From: Octopus sinensis
Taxonomy: Eukaryota
DNA length: 64,000 bases
Direction of reading: 5' to 3'
Assembly: GCF_006345805.1 (NCBI RefSeq)
Contig: NC_043008.1
Span: forward strand, 29,574,001 to 29,638,000
The notes beneath the pieces were generated by a model. The model did no database searches and had not been told where the DNA came from. It saw only the letters and a list, made by a program, of their open reading frames with translations. Of the stretch, positions 1 through 15,297 are shown piece after piece. The position numbers and the translations under genes were made by a program. How positions within the stretch are numbered: the stretch's first letter is position 1; each line of letters begins with the position of its first letter.

Positions 1-665
1 TAGTTCCAGTGTTTTTACGTGTATATTTTACGTGAATATAAAATATTGGTCATTCGCGTCTCTTGATTTGTTCATATGGTGCAGCCCACATCGCATGTTG
101 TTCCAGTAAGTGTCGAAAAACGATGAAGGCTGTTCATTGTGTGTTAAATATATGTATATTTGACAGTTCCTGTCTACTATGTAAGATTCTACACTTACAT
201 GCATACACGCACACTCACATATACATATTTACATGAGTGTATATTTCTGTTTATATATTTGTCTACATACTTGCATAATTATATATGAAATTATTTAATT
301 ATATATGCAAATTATTTGTTCGTGAATTATTTATTCAGTATTGAAATTATTTTCATACTGGTGGCTGCCATTGTTTCAGTGCAAAACGAATCAGTTGCAG
401 TGTAGACTTCAACACGAGTCTCTATCATGGTAACGCGTGCTGAGAAAGATGAGTTTATTTTTGCCAGTGCAGAAACCGGTTCACATGAGACCGGATACTT
501 GATTGCACTTTGGGAGATTGTCTTAGCCCATTTACCTTCAGACGGTTGATTGCAGTAGTTATCATCAGTGAATTTTGATGATATAAATAAGAGTTTTGAG
601 TGAGATTTCCAGTAGGTAGACATATTTAGTATGTCATTTGATTAATTTTAATCCTTCCTTCAGCT

Positions 666-833
<168 letters not shown>

Positions 834-849
834 ACGGGCCTAGCATAAT

Positions 850-923
850 TCCACGCAGTGGGACTGAACCCGGAACCATGTGTTTGGGAACCAAACCTCT
901 TGCCATTCAGCCACTCCTGCACC
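850..923 (-). mobile_element. tRNA-derived SINE family A, 5' head only
   Basis: Reverse complement reads ggtgcaggagtggctg...catggttccgggttcagtcccactgcgtgga, matching the heads of the copies at 13327, 38733 and 58330. Confidence 0.8.
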
Positions 924-3900
924 CCGAAAAGCAGACATAGTGCAAACAATTTCAGCTTTTCGATAGAAAACATATATTATTCTAAATAAATATATTTTTA
1001 CTCATAAAGTTATATTAAGATATAGCAAGTCATTTGTAGATTCGTGGTATTAGGTGATGTAATAGATTGTGTAAAACGAGCAAATCAAGTAATTTTCGTA
1101 ATCGTAGGGCTGCAGTAAATTATAGGAATTGTAAGGTTGTGAAATTGTCATAGGAAATGAGTGTTTATATCAGAGATCAACTTCGGATAAGTTGTTGATA
1201 ATTCATGAAATTTACTGGCAACGCAGAAAGACAGAATCTCTCATATAATAGCATACTATATTGACAAAAGCCTACTAATCTGCTTTGTAAACGAGAATAT
1301 CGATTCTAGTATGTGCATGTGATTTGTCTTATCTACCAAGTGTGAATATCGACTCGAAAAAATTAAATGCAATAGGGTGATTCGTCTCGGTGTTTAGTCT
1401 GAGAATGTGCAAACATACTCACTGAAGTTAATAGTAATGCATAAAATTACGTTTTGTTATTTCAAACAAATAAAAAGTTTAGGTGAGTGGTGACGGAAAT
1501 TCTTGAATTTAATAGATTTTTAATCGATAGGAATTATTTAACTTCAATGGAATTTAAGTGGGTTTGACAGTTAAAGTGGTTTATATCAGAAGTACCAATT
1601 CCACCTGCATACATATTGTATTGAAATCTTTTAAATTTTACTGAAACTAGACATGGCATTATACAGGAACTAATATTCGAAGAATATTTGTGTTTGTCAT
1701 TCTTATAAATTTCTGAAGAACCATTTTTGTTTGCTTTACATTTAAACCATTTGTAATCATATAGTTTTAATTAATCTAAATTTATATTGCATTATATAGT
1801 ATATCTTCATTTTCCTTCACTTACATACACGCACAAAAACATACTCACACAAACGCACACTCAGTCATATACGTGTATATATTTCATGAAATGCTCGTTG
1901 ATATTCAGTTTATTCAAAATGCCACAGTAAATTATAATGAACTGCACGATTGTCTGAAGTGTTTCGTGAACAAAGCGATGGCTATATATATGCTTCCTCT
2001 GTTATGTGCCTGTAATTCTAAATGCAGTAGCATTGAGAGGTAGTTAATCTACTAAAACTGAGATAGATGACACTTTTAGGGAAATTGAGGAACACGTTTA
2101 TCATTAATTCCATTAAAATTTAAAACTACTTTATATAGAAATTAAATGTGTATAACGAAATAAATATATTGCCCTCAATTTAAATCAACTTAATTAGTGC
2201 TTTTCTTCGATGAGTTCTTCAAAAGCCCGGACATATTAAAGAATTTTTATCTAATCTTGTAGGATTCCCTTCCCGAAAACTAGTTTTGCTCTTTTCATCA
2301 CTTATATGACTATTATCTACTGTTTTTTGTCATTATTTTTTTACTTTTATTTTTTATTTTACAATCTTGTTCTTGCTAAATACGTTGTCTAGTGAGGGAG
2401 TGTTACAGGAAGGTTTCCTTAGGAGACAACTAATTTATACATTTTCGATTAACGAGTAAATACACTTCAATGCACTCATCTATAAAATTCATAATAATAG
2501 AAATACAATGGCATATCACTGGTACAAATAGACGAAACCAGCATTGTAATACTTCCATGAACTAAGCAATGAAGCTGCAGACATTTTATGTCAAAATTCG
2601 ACCATGAAATATGATTGTACATTAGAAATCAGGTCACCTTTTTATTTTCTTAATGTTATTAGAAAATATATGAATGCCGATAAATATCATTCAATTCTCC
2701 ATGTTTATTTAAGTTACAGTTTAAATGAAAAAAAATACGTCAACATTATGAATGTGTATCTCTAAGAGAATCAATGCCTGCATATGTAAATTTGATACTG
2801 CAATGTTAACAATATGGATGATTAAAGACATTATAAGAGAGTTTTCAGCAATGCTTTTTAAAGAACCGCCATCAAAATTCATCGACTTTTAGGTCATTGT
2901 ATACTATAGACATACAATCTATTTGTGCATAGGTCAGCCAATGAAATAGTTTAAAGCGTATAAGGAATTGCATCACCTACACAAACTGATTCTTTGTTTA
3001 CTACCATACTGTGTAAGTACATATTCAGTTACGTCTCTTTCAAGACATGTTGTTCTACCTGTTATTTTCTAAATTCTAATATAGTATATTTTCATGATGA
3101 TATAAGTTTTGTAACCTTTTCAAGCCATTCAGTGAGAAAGTTGCCGAACATATGAAAAAGACACTTCTGGAATTGAGCCCCCCACCCCCGGTATATTGTC
3201 GTATTTTACTGCCTATACGGGGATTAGTTCTATTCAAACTGTGTAAACTCCGATGAGCAAAATCCCATTTACTTTCAAATACCCACTGATCAATTATTTC
3301 AGCAGCAAGTGTCATATCTACTTTGCATTTTGGAGAGATTTACTATTTGTTTTGGGACACGATATAACATTCGTTTTAAACACTGTGATCAATGTTTAAT
3401 ACGAATTCATTCAATCGACTTACGTCAGTAGAGTTATGGATAAAGTGTCTACTTAATATGAGTTCATTGTATAGATATGTAGACAAATACGATTTCAAAG
3501 TCCAACTTGAAACTTTTCTCGGACATTAGATATGAATTAAATATTATATACGAATTAGAAAGAAAGCTTTCATAAAATGATATTTAGGAAATACATATTT
3601 CTATATTGCTATTTCTAAATCCTAATCTCATGTTTATTTTTTTTTTACATGAAATTAGTTTGAAATAACAGATATGGGAAACATTTATTTTTGGGGTTAT
3701 GTCATTGGGTAATATGGCATCCAGATTATAAAAGCGCTTTGAATAAATACATTTAGATTTCAATTATATGAAATCTAAGGACACGATTTCTAGTAATGCG
3801 AGTTGAATCTCTGAAAATAAAGATTACAGTCCCTTTTTTAAATTTCAATTTCCAAATCTTGACATAGGAAGGCATATTCACTTTTTAGTAAGCCTTGAAC

Positions 3901-4510
3901 AGTGTTCAGTGAAACAACTCAGCCGACCTGTAACGAAAATAACATCTTGTCATAATGTTATCTATAATGCATATGAAAGCTACTCCCGTTCATAAACAAG
4001 CAAAAATTAATTTACAGATTTTAGCATCTTATTTTCATGCAGCTGGTTAGGATCAAAATGGTATATGTATAATAAATGGATAGTTAGAGGTATTGTTTGA
4101 ACTTATGTCACTATTAGGAACAATTTATGCTTCGCTACCCATTTTGTGAATAGCTGAGTTAATCAAAAAATTAACATTACTATGTCTTTCGTGGAAAAAA
4201 AAAATACTTTTGGATTTTTAAAACATTTTCTGAGTATTGACAATGTATATTTTCACTTGTTTATATCTTCTTGCATCAAGGTTATGAGGAAACCTGTCTA
4301 CGCTCAACTAAGTCTTTTCTGTCAATACGATGCATAACTTAAGGAGATTTTATGCATACACTTTTACTTTTAATATAAGATCTAAATATCTTCTTTCTTC
4401 TTAAAGTTTCTAATCTATTTTTTCCCCTATCTTCAGATATTTTTTGTTCAATTGAACACTGAATGCCTTAGTGTTAATTCGGACACATGCAAATTAGTCA
4501 AGTTAAATGG

Positions 4511-5745
<1,235 letters not shown>

Positions 5746-6228
5746 GAATTCTGGTGGTGATGGTGTTGGTGCTTGTGATGACGATGGTGATGATGATGGT
5801 GATGATGATGATAATTGTGAGGAGGGGGAGGAGGAGGATTGTATTATACAGCATTTAAGAAGATTGGTGGAATAGCACAGGTTACATTAGTTTTACTCGT
5901 CAGCATACTTCTTAACTTAAACTTCACTACGTTCGCTGTAACATATTGTTCGTGTACAAGATTTGTTGTGTATATACAGATAGGGTACTTGTTCCTCTGG
6001 GATTGGTCACGTGATGTAGACATATCTTCTGAGAAACGAATATAGTTCGAAAATCAATTAAAGCTGGTCATAATTTTACTTAATATACGGAGAAATAGAT
6101 AAAAGTAGCACGTTCGTAAATATACATAGTAGGTTTCTATAGATACATATATTTATCTACATACGTATATACATACATGCATACACACACATATATATAT
6201 ACATATATATACATATACGTGTATATAT

Positions 6229-6440
6229 AAATGTGACGGCGTGTGTACCGTTGGCAATTGTTTTCCTCTGTCTTCCCTTCTCTGGATCTTTCCTTCTCCT
6301 ATGTTTCCGACGAAGAGCTCCACTCGAAACGTTAAACCCTCCTTCTTCCCTTCCTTCCTGAGCATCCAATAATACTATATTTGTTCCACGTCCTCGCGTT
6401 GTTGTGTTTTCTCTTTGTGTTTTCATGTTTGGATTAACTT
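6229..6440 (+). mobile_element. PLE pseudo-LTR-like segment with degenerate minimal hammerhead at 6303-6337
   Basis: GTTT-CCGACGA-A-GAGC-tcc-ACTC-GAAA-CGTT-AAAC; core U4 changed to C and one stem II mismatch; homologous to the inverted copy at 6536-6727. Confidence 0.7.
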
Positions 6441-6535
6441 TATATATATATATGTATAATTCCAAGATATATACACATACTCACATATATACAAATATAT
6501 ACACACTCTAACTACACACATTCATATATATAATT

Positions 6536-6727
6536 AATAAAAAAGAACGCAACAACGCGAGGACGTGGTACATGCAAAGTATCAATAAGACGCTAAGTGA
6601 CGAAAAGACAGGGGGTCTTATGTTTCAAGCAATGCTCTTCTTCAGAAACAGTGGACAGAGAAATTTCCCCCAAAAAAGAAAGAAGACGGAGGAAGAAAAT
6701 TGCCAACAATCCACATGTAGTTACATT
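6536..6727 (-). mobile_element. PLE pseudo-LTR-like segment with minimal hammerhead-like motif at about 6615-6650
   Basis: Minus strand reads gttt-CTGAAGA-A-GAGC-att-GCTT-GAAA-CATA-AGAC; lies directly 3' of a PLE coding remnant. Confidence 0.7.
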
Positions 6728-7560
6728 TTAGAATATATATTGTTGTATGGACGCCCCCAGACGATAAGTAGGCTAGTCCAATACGTATTGATAGTCGACG
6801 TGATAGCTAGTCGTGAAGAGTAACGTAAATTTTTGAGTTGAGTTGTTGATTTGGTTGGACGCAAGTGTTGTTGCGAGCGGTGAGTTATTGTTCCTCAGAT
6901 TTTTGAAACTGTTATATTGTCGGAATTTTGTTACGCTTCAGTAGCAGGCAAAAGGCTATCAGCCGACATGTTGCAACTGCTAGAAGTGATGTTGAAAGAT
7001 AAAAATTTTTAAAAGTTTAATGGACTACCCCGGTTAACGCCACATGTCGACGCTTTAGAAAAAGCCGAGAAAAAAATTATAGTTTATCGTAAGTTGAATG
7101 CTGAAACTAAACGTGTGGAAGTAGCAGAAATTGAAACCATTTAAGAGGGGCCAACTACTAACCAACCTACTGCGGAAAACGAGCCGAAGAGTTAGGATAG
7201 GGAAAGTGCCCCCGGAAATAGATGCGGCATGACTAGTGGCAGCCATCCTCTATAACTGTGAAAAGGAAGCGGGGGTGATTAAGGCGGAGAAGTTTAATGA
7301 GATAAACAGATGTGGATATGGGTTAGAAGTCGTGATTCATATAACTCTACTAGAATTTTATAAAATAGTAGCGGAGATTGTGCTCCCCAATGAGACCCGA
7401 TTGAGATTCGTGGTGGATTTATAACCTCCTATATGTTATTATTGTTTTGTGTTGTCTATCCTCTTTGTTCAGGCATGCCTATAATAAAGGAAAGAAGAAA
7501 ATAGACGGCAAGTCTAGCGAGCCGAAGCCGTCGGTAGACTAGACGTCAAGTCCTGTTGAG
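6728..7560 (-). mobile_element. Heavily decayed PLE linker/endonuclease remnant
   Basis: Weak frame-hopping resemblance to PLE C-termini (GTFP, LRNNNSPLA, YRLG) and position immediately upstream of an HH-bearing pLTR. Confidence 0.4.
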
Positions 7561-7639
7561 CCGAGTCATCGGAAGTGAGAGTTTGGTAGTTGAGTGGAGG
7601 TACGTTACTGGCGAAGGCACGCTATCCGAACGAGCGATA

Positions 7640-7659
7640 TGACATATATACATACATAC

Positions 7660-7690
<31 letters not shown>

Positions 7691-7800
7691 TGTATGTATG
7701 TATGTATGTATGTATGTATGTATGTATGTATGTATTATGTATGTATGTGTGTGTATATATAGAGAGAGAGTCATACATACTCACACACACATATATAGTA
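7640..7800. repeat. (TATG)n tetranucleotide microsatellite
   Basis: Directly visible. Confidence 0.95.
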
Positions 7801-8992
7801 AATAAAATCGTAGCAGGGATACAGAATTAATAATTTATCGGTTGTGATCGTTTACTGATTTGGCGGGTGAAAATAATTGGGTGAGTAATGAATCTGTTTC
7901 ATGTGTGTAGAATTATGAGCATTCTGTATTATTAATAAAACTATTATTTGACTTGGGCTAACTACTGAACACGTCCTGCACCTCTACTTAATGTAATCCA
8001 ATAGAACATCAGAGCAATAGCTAACAATATATCAACAATGTTAGCTGATATCCTATAACAAAGAATATAAATGTATAGTTTTATTTCCTAACCTTTGATT
8101 CATTTCATAAATAATATATTCCTTTCAGTATAGCAGTATTAACTCGAACCATGTAACTACACGTAGCATAATTCTGTCTGACTTATCACTGCACTTGGGA
8201 GATTCAAACCAAAACCTTCGTTACAGCAGATATGATTAAATATCCCTCGATATGCTTTTTTTCTCCGTTTTCAAAGAAATGCTTCACGAAATCGACTAGA
8301 GCATTCAATCGTAAGGTTACTCTTATCGCACTGAAATTTCCATTTCGTAGCTTAGCCATTGGAATTTAACTGTGATCAAAAGAATAAATCTACTTACTCT
8401 GTTAACAGGAATTCTTGGAAATATTGATAGCCTTAGTCGATAAACAAGTTTCTGAAAGCTATACCAACCAGCAAGCGTATAACGTTTATAAATCATTGTA
8501 TTATTCTCCCCTTCATATATTACCTATTTTCCATTTGTTCAGCTTCGACTGAAAAGAAACAATAATGCTCTAGACTTCATTCAACTGGTAATGGGTTACG
8601 CCCCTTTACGCTCAATGTTTTCAAATTTTGACTGGACTAAGCAAAATGCTGCCAGTATCATAATGGATGCGATTAAATGGACAATACGCATTTTTTATTA
8701 ACTTGCAAACTTCTACGTGAAATTTTCAAACACATATATAGTAATATCATAAGTGCTCAATCGTTTTATTTTCATTTTATTTTTGGTGTTTAGCTATAGA
8801 TGGCCTATCCACATTTTATGTATCGCTCAATTTACCACGTCATAATATATCTCTAGTTAGATAGAACTACTTAACAATGATCATTACATTTGAAATAATG
8901 ATTATTAGTAATAAACCTGATTTCTCTCCTCCTCCTATTCTCAAAATATACTTCTATAGAGTAAACCACCGTTGTCAGTATATATATATATT

Positions 8993-9056
<64 letters not shown>

Positions 9057-9174
9057 ATGTGTGTGTGTGTGTGCGTGTGTATATATATATATATTTATAC
9101 TACATATATATATACACATATACATATTTATATATACATATATGGTTATATCCGTTCACGTGCATGCACTTTTG

Positions 9175-9209
<35 letters not shown>

Positions 9210-12200
9210 ATGTGTTTAATTGTGACTTAGATCTCAGGTGTAATTCATGAATGTTACACTCAACGTCGTCATCAGGTTCTTTGGTTGCTTTGAATTCTAA
9301 CACAAGACAACTAGCCCCGGTCTCAATTGCTGTATGGGATCCATATTCCGGGATGTTCCCCTCTTCTGCGTTTGTTGTTATATGTGCGTTGATATATTTG
9401 CAAATATTCTTAATTATAGCATATCCTTATCTCTGATAATCTACTCAAGCAGAGACATGCATAATTTGATTCTCCAGAGAAATGGCTAAAGATTTCTAGA
9501 ATTCTTTATTTTAGCACCATTTGTTCATCTATATTGTATTCTTTGCTACAACTAAATTAACGTTATTTCCAATTTCAGCTATAACAAAGTCATTTTAAGA
9601 CAATCGATTTTAAATGCTGATTAACTGTATTTTAATGAATACAGATAATTTGATGACATAAGTCTGTGTAATGTATGATGCTGTAAATCTTTGCGTAGTG
9701 CATAACTGTGCAAATGACAGCATGTGGTTCCATTTTCACTTTTTCTCAATATCTCTGTAATTATTTACAGTGAAAATATCCTCTTTGCACGCAATAAAGT
9801 AAAGCATTAAATCACAGTTAACTATTCGGTTAACGAGTGCTAAATACAAGGCTGAACTGACAAGATTATCGCTGGCACGAATAGTAAAATATTTATTGCC
9901 CATTCAAATTCGAAATTGACGAAAATTTCTGTAAATACACAAACAAATTTAAAAAAAAACAGTATTTTATAGATGAACTAACAATGTTAGAGATGTTTAC
10001 GTTCATATTGTACTAAAGTACTAAGCTTAATCAGCCAATATTTTAATGTTTATTGAATCCTCCAAAGACATTTGGTTTAAAATTGTAATAGAACATTTAT
10101 ACAGATAGTTATCCCTTTCACGATTAAACGTCAATATAAATTAGACCTATATTATTTTACAGAATGTCCATGTATTTGCATAATACCGTCTCTAAGTTAC
10201 ACTTGGACTTGCTTAGAAAACGTTGCAAATGTTTGTACAATATCATTAACAAGCTGTACTTGGTAAGAAAACGTTTAAATAGTTACTCAGAGACATATTC
10301 GCGTGAGTTTGTTCACTGCCATATACCCCATTGGTTACTTTGAAAAAGAAATGATGAAATAACACATCTCTTTTGTGACACTAGATATTGTGTATGTAGG
10401 GTGACAGGAATATACGTGGTAAATTACTATAGAAAATCAACCACCTCCAAAACGGAAGAAGCATAAATGTTGACAGATAAATTAACACAATAAAGTATTA
10501 TACATCATCTCTATAATATGTTTGTACATATATATCTTATATATTTGATCTAAAGATATATTATCTCTATTTCTTAGAGATGTATGTTTTGAAAACTAAA
10601 AATCGCTGCTGCAGAAATATCCAAATTCGCTATGATTTTCGACACATTATCAACCAAGCTGTCACTATAGCTCGAATACGTTTGACAATGAGCGTTACAT
10701 GGAGTGATTAATCAGCATGTATTCAGCAATTAAGTAACCCACAGAAAATACTTTGCGAAAAGGAAAGAGCGAGTGGCGTACAAAAGAGCGGCGTATGTAG
10801 AAGCATTTGCAAATACATAACAATCTAGGATCCCATTACACACATTGAATATCATAGTGATCGGCAATTTTAAGTTCATAAATAATAAAAAATTGTGTAC
10901 AGTAAACCAAATTAAGTATCAACATTTTACTCATACAATTCTAAACAAAATGCAATCATATTAACGTACATCATAGTCTTTTATGTTGAAATGGAAAACA
11001 GGAGAATCTATAGATTTTTAGTTATTTCTGTTTTCACAATGCGGCATAGATACATTAATTTTATCCGTCTTCGCCAATGAAACATCAGTCAACTAGTGTA
11101 CTAGAATGCCTAGGATATTGTGAGCAATCGATAACGTATTTATTGGCATAGTTAACTTGTGCTTATAACTTCTCAAAGACAACCCAAATGCTCTTAAATG
11201 AAATGACATTTCCGTCTTAAAATAATATATATTTACATCTTAGTTTTATCTTTATGTTTCATATACATTTCTCTCCAACATCACAATCATGTTAAATAAT
11301 GTTTCACTGATACACAGTTTGTCACATTATCTTCAATAACATTTATCTGTCATCATTGACATCATTATAAAAAAAATCATCACGGTCATATTCTTTCACA
11401 TTACCACCATCGGTGTTGTTGTTCTACGTTCTCATCAGTGGAGACTTCTTCCTCCTCCTCATCACCGATAAAACAATCACCACCATCATTGTCATGGACC
11501 TCATCGTCATCATCATCATCATCATTATCTTATTTTTGTCGCTCATGTCATCGTTGACGTCATCATCGCGACGTCATCAATATTAATATCGTCACAGTAA
11601 ATAACTCTAAAACGAATTCTCTTAATCAGAAAGGTGCCTTCTTCCTCACCGCCATCGAATCACGGCCGTTACTAGCAGCATCATTACTACAGCTACATAT
11701 TTGATTTTATCTAACATTAAAAAACAGGTTCATGCTTCACACAGTGAGAGAGATATGAACATGGACGGTGATCATGTAGATATTAACGCTGATTCTTGTT
11801 ATATAGTTTACATCTGAAAAATGCATTGCAATCTTATTCCTCACATTTTTACATATATCTGGGATTGTATTACACAAGGTATTTCTCTATTTTTAAGAAC
11901 GCTCAGTTCATTCCAAAAACACTGGAGTGCTATTTCACGTAGCACAAGCAACAGCTTAGAAGCTCAATTTGTTGAATTCATGAAGAGGAAAAGAAGATGG
12001 TGGAAGAGGAAGTCGGTTTGATGTATATCAGTGAAGATAATGAGGAGCAGGATGTAGGGGGAATATAATTATGATTACCATCATATTATAAACACAATAA
12101 TAAACCACCAAAAAATTAAACATCATCATCATCATTATTGCTTTGAAATTTATTTTAGTTAACTAAATGATAATCACTTTTTAATTGCATTGAAATTTTA

Positions 12201-12644
12201 TATATGATGGAGCTATTTCTTAAAATTAGTTTTAATTTGTTTCTGCTATTAATGAAACGTGAATGTTTCAGATTAAATTATTTTAAAGTTTGTTCTATTT
12301 TTATATAATTTAATATCCGGAATATTTCAGTTACTTATTTCAAAGCAACTCTTTTCATTCAACTACATTTTTTTTCCAATTTATTCACTTCATTTCTTAA
12401 TCCAATATTCATATATAGTTTCTAAACATCTGCTTAAATAATATTCTTTAAAATGTTCTTTTGTTGTCATTGTTGCTGTATATGATGTGTTGCTGGTATT
12501 TCACTTCGTAATACTGATGCAGCTGATATTTTAAGATTGAATTGTTTACGATGGAATGCAAAACTTACAATTCTAATTCGTTGTAAAGAACTAATTGAAT
12601 TGTAGACATATATACAGAAAAATATATGTGTATGTGTATGCATC

Positions 12645-12689
<45 letters not shown>

Positions 12690-12960
12690 ATATATATATG
12701 TGTGTGTATGTATGTATGTATACTTATGCGTATGCATATACATGTATTTATGCATCTGTATATGTATTTATATACACACACACACACTCACGCACACATA
12801 CACATGAAGGATATTGAATACATTCATGCATACATATGAGTGCGTATCTATGTCTGTTTCTAAGTACATATATCCATGTATGTGTATACGTATATACAAT
12901 TATCTCTGTATGTGTATATATAATTATCTATATCTATCTCTCTATCAATCTATCTATATA

Positions 12961-13007
<47 letters not shown>

Positions 13008-13082
13008 ATGTTTGTGTCTGTGTGTGTGTGTAAAAGTATATATAATTACAACTCTTCTATCCACATATTTATATAGGAATAT

Positions 13083-13260
13083 AGGGCGGCAAACTGCCAG
13101 GATCGTTATCACGCCGGGCAAAATGCTCGGTAAAAATTCGCCTGTCTCTATGTTCTGAGTTCTTATTGAACCGATGGCGACTGTTCTGTTTATTCCCATC
13201 CTTTTTGGCATCGATAAAATAAGTACTAGTTTAGTACTGCAGGTCGATGTTATCAACTAA
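13083..13260 (+). mobile_element. SINE family B (ggcggcgagctggcagaatcgttag type), diverged
   Basis: Similar to the well-preserved copy at 51017. Confidence 0.75.
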
Positions 13261-13326
13261 TTCTCTATCCCGAAATTTCTGTCCTTCTGGCTAAGTTTGA
13301 AATTAGTATATACCGGTTTATACACT

Positions 13327-13662
13327 GGCGCAGGCGTTTCTATGTTGGAAGAAGCTTGCTTCCCAACGACATGGTTCCGGGTTGAGTCCCTTGAGCAAAT
13401 GTGTTCTACACTAGCCTCCGGCCGACCAGAGTATTGTGTGCGTATTTGATAGACAGAAACTGAAAGAATCTTGTCGTATACATTTATGTATATAAATGTG
13501 AGTATCTTTGTGCATGCCCTCACCACCGCTTTACAATGATTGCTGGGGATTTTATCTCCATGCAACATAATACCGAGTTTTAAAAAATAAGCCATTTCTT
13601 CTACTAGAAATCCTTGAAGGTGGTGCCCCAGCATAGCCGGAGTCAAATGACTGAGACAAGTT
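13327..13662 (+). mobile_element. SINE family A, diverged
   Basis: ggcgcagg head, catggttccggg, CORE-like block, and tail gtgccccagcat...gtcaaatgactgagacaag. Confidence 0.75.
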
Positions 13663-14096
13663 AATGGGACATATTTACGAGTATGTAAACGACTTTACAG
13701 GCTAAATGAAAAACTTGTTCTGTTTTTGAGAATTAATTGCCTTTATAGATTACATTCAGATTTCGTTATACGAGTTTCAGCATTTCGTTATTTAGGTTCG
13801 GGTGATATTTGCATATTCATCATACACATATTAGCAGATTACCAATCAATAATGATGGGTGAACACATCGCTAATTGTATAGTGTTTGAACTCTTACTAC
13901 ACAGAAACATGATGGCTACAATCATTGGTGTCTCCCCACAAGTGACTCGTTCACATGTTACAAACGACGACTGCAAAGTATATTCTATTTTAAGGACAAT
14001 CAAATAAAGTAGCAGTTAATTACTGGTTTTAATACAATCCAGAAAAATCAAGAATCACTATTTTCGTTCCCATATGACCCATGCTAGAGAAAAAAT

Positions 14097-14132
<36 letters not shown>

Positions 14133-14212
14133 TTCATCTTCATCATCATCATCCTCGTCATCATCATCATTATTATTATTGTTGTTGTTGCTTCCGTTGT
14201 TATTATTATTAC
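14097..14212. repeat. (CAT)n/(TTA)/(TTG) microsatellite
   Basis: Directly visible. Confidence 0.9.
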
Positions 14213-14214
14213 AA

Positions 14215-14345
14215 CAGCATGCTAGCAGAATAGTTAATACGCCGCCGAAATTCTTAGCGATATTTCGTCCGTCATACGTTCCGACTTCTAATTCTGCTTG
14301 TCATCTACCTGTCATCTACCTGTTGATAAAATGAGTACTAGTCTA
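14215..14345 (+). mobile_element. SINE family B, old partial copy
   Basis: ctagcagaatagttaatacgccgccgaaattcttagcgatatttcgtccg resembles the family B head. Confidence 0.6.
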
Positions 14346-14437
14346 ACACTAGTGACAATGTAATTAGACTTATACTCTTGAAATCACTATTATGATTATT
14401 GTTGTTGCTGTCGTCTTCATTATTATTATTACAACAC

Positions 14438-14645
14438 TGAGCTGATAGAATAATTGTACGCCGGTTAAAATGCAAAGAGGCATATTGTTTGTCTTTACTT
14501 TCCGATTTCAAAATCCGCTGAAGTTGACTTTGTTTTTTATCCTTTCGCGGTCCACAAAATAATTACCAGTTGAGCACTGGAGTCGAGGTAACAGACTAGT
14601 CCTCTCCCCCAAATTTCAGTCATTGTGCTTCTTGTAGAAGGGATT
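14438..14645 (+). mobile_element. SINE family B, old copy
   Basis: gagctgatagaat...gttgactttg...tatcctttcg...taccagttgagcactggagtcga. Confidence 0.7.
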
Positions 14646-14669
14646 TTTATTCTTATTATTAAAGATATG

Positions 14670-14830
14670 TGGCATAGCAAAGTCGCCAGCATGCCGTATC
14701 AAATGCCCAAGGGCGTTACGTCCGCCTTCAAGTTCCTAGTTCATCTGTCGCCGAGGTCGAATTAGCCTTTCATCATTTCAGGGTGTAGGAAATATGTACC
14801 AGATGAGCACTTGGGTCGATCAACTCGACT
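14670..14830 (+). mobile_element. SINE family B, old copy
   Basis: gccgaggtcga...gcctttcatcatttc...gtaccagatgagcacttgggtcgat. Confidence 0.65.
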
Positions 14831-14884
14831 AGACCACCTTCACGTTAATTCACGTCTTGTTACGTTCCTATATGAGAGAAAATT

Positions 14885-14990
14885 CTTCTACATCTTCTCT
14901 TCTTCTTGTTCTTGTTCTTGTTCTTCTTTTTCTTGTTCTTGTTCTTGTTCTTGTTCTTGTTCTTGTTCTTCTTCTTCTTCTTCTTCTTAA

Positions 14991-15043
<53 letters not shown>

Positions 15044-15062
15044 TATTATTATTATTATTATT
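14885..15062. repeat. (TTC)/(TTCTTG)n and (ATT)n microsatellite
   Basis: Directly visible. Confidence 0.95.
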
Positions 15063-15297
15063 AAATGCGGCGAGATACTAGAATCGTTACCAAAAAGAGC
15101 GAAATGCTTAGCTATTATTTTTTCTGACCCCTTTTGCTCGGAGTTCCAGTTACGACCAATTAGGTTCTCCTTTTATCCTTTCGTGGTTGTTAAAATAGGT
15201 ATCACTTGGGTGTCAATGTAATCGACTGCTCTCAATAGAATCGAACTTCCTCTTCCCTCATAATTGCTGATCTTGTATCAGTTTTAGAAAGGATTAT
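15063..15297 (+). mobile_element. SINE family B, diverged
   Basis: gcggcgag...agaatcgtta...gcgaaatgcttagc head directly after (ATT)n. Confidence 0.7.

Noticed and set aside
4385-4500. Very strong + strand acceptor at 4436 with an open frame
   Set aside because: No plausible donor before the microsatellite, so no exon could be defined.
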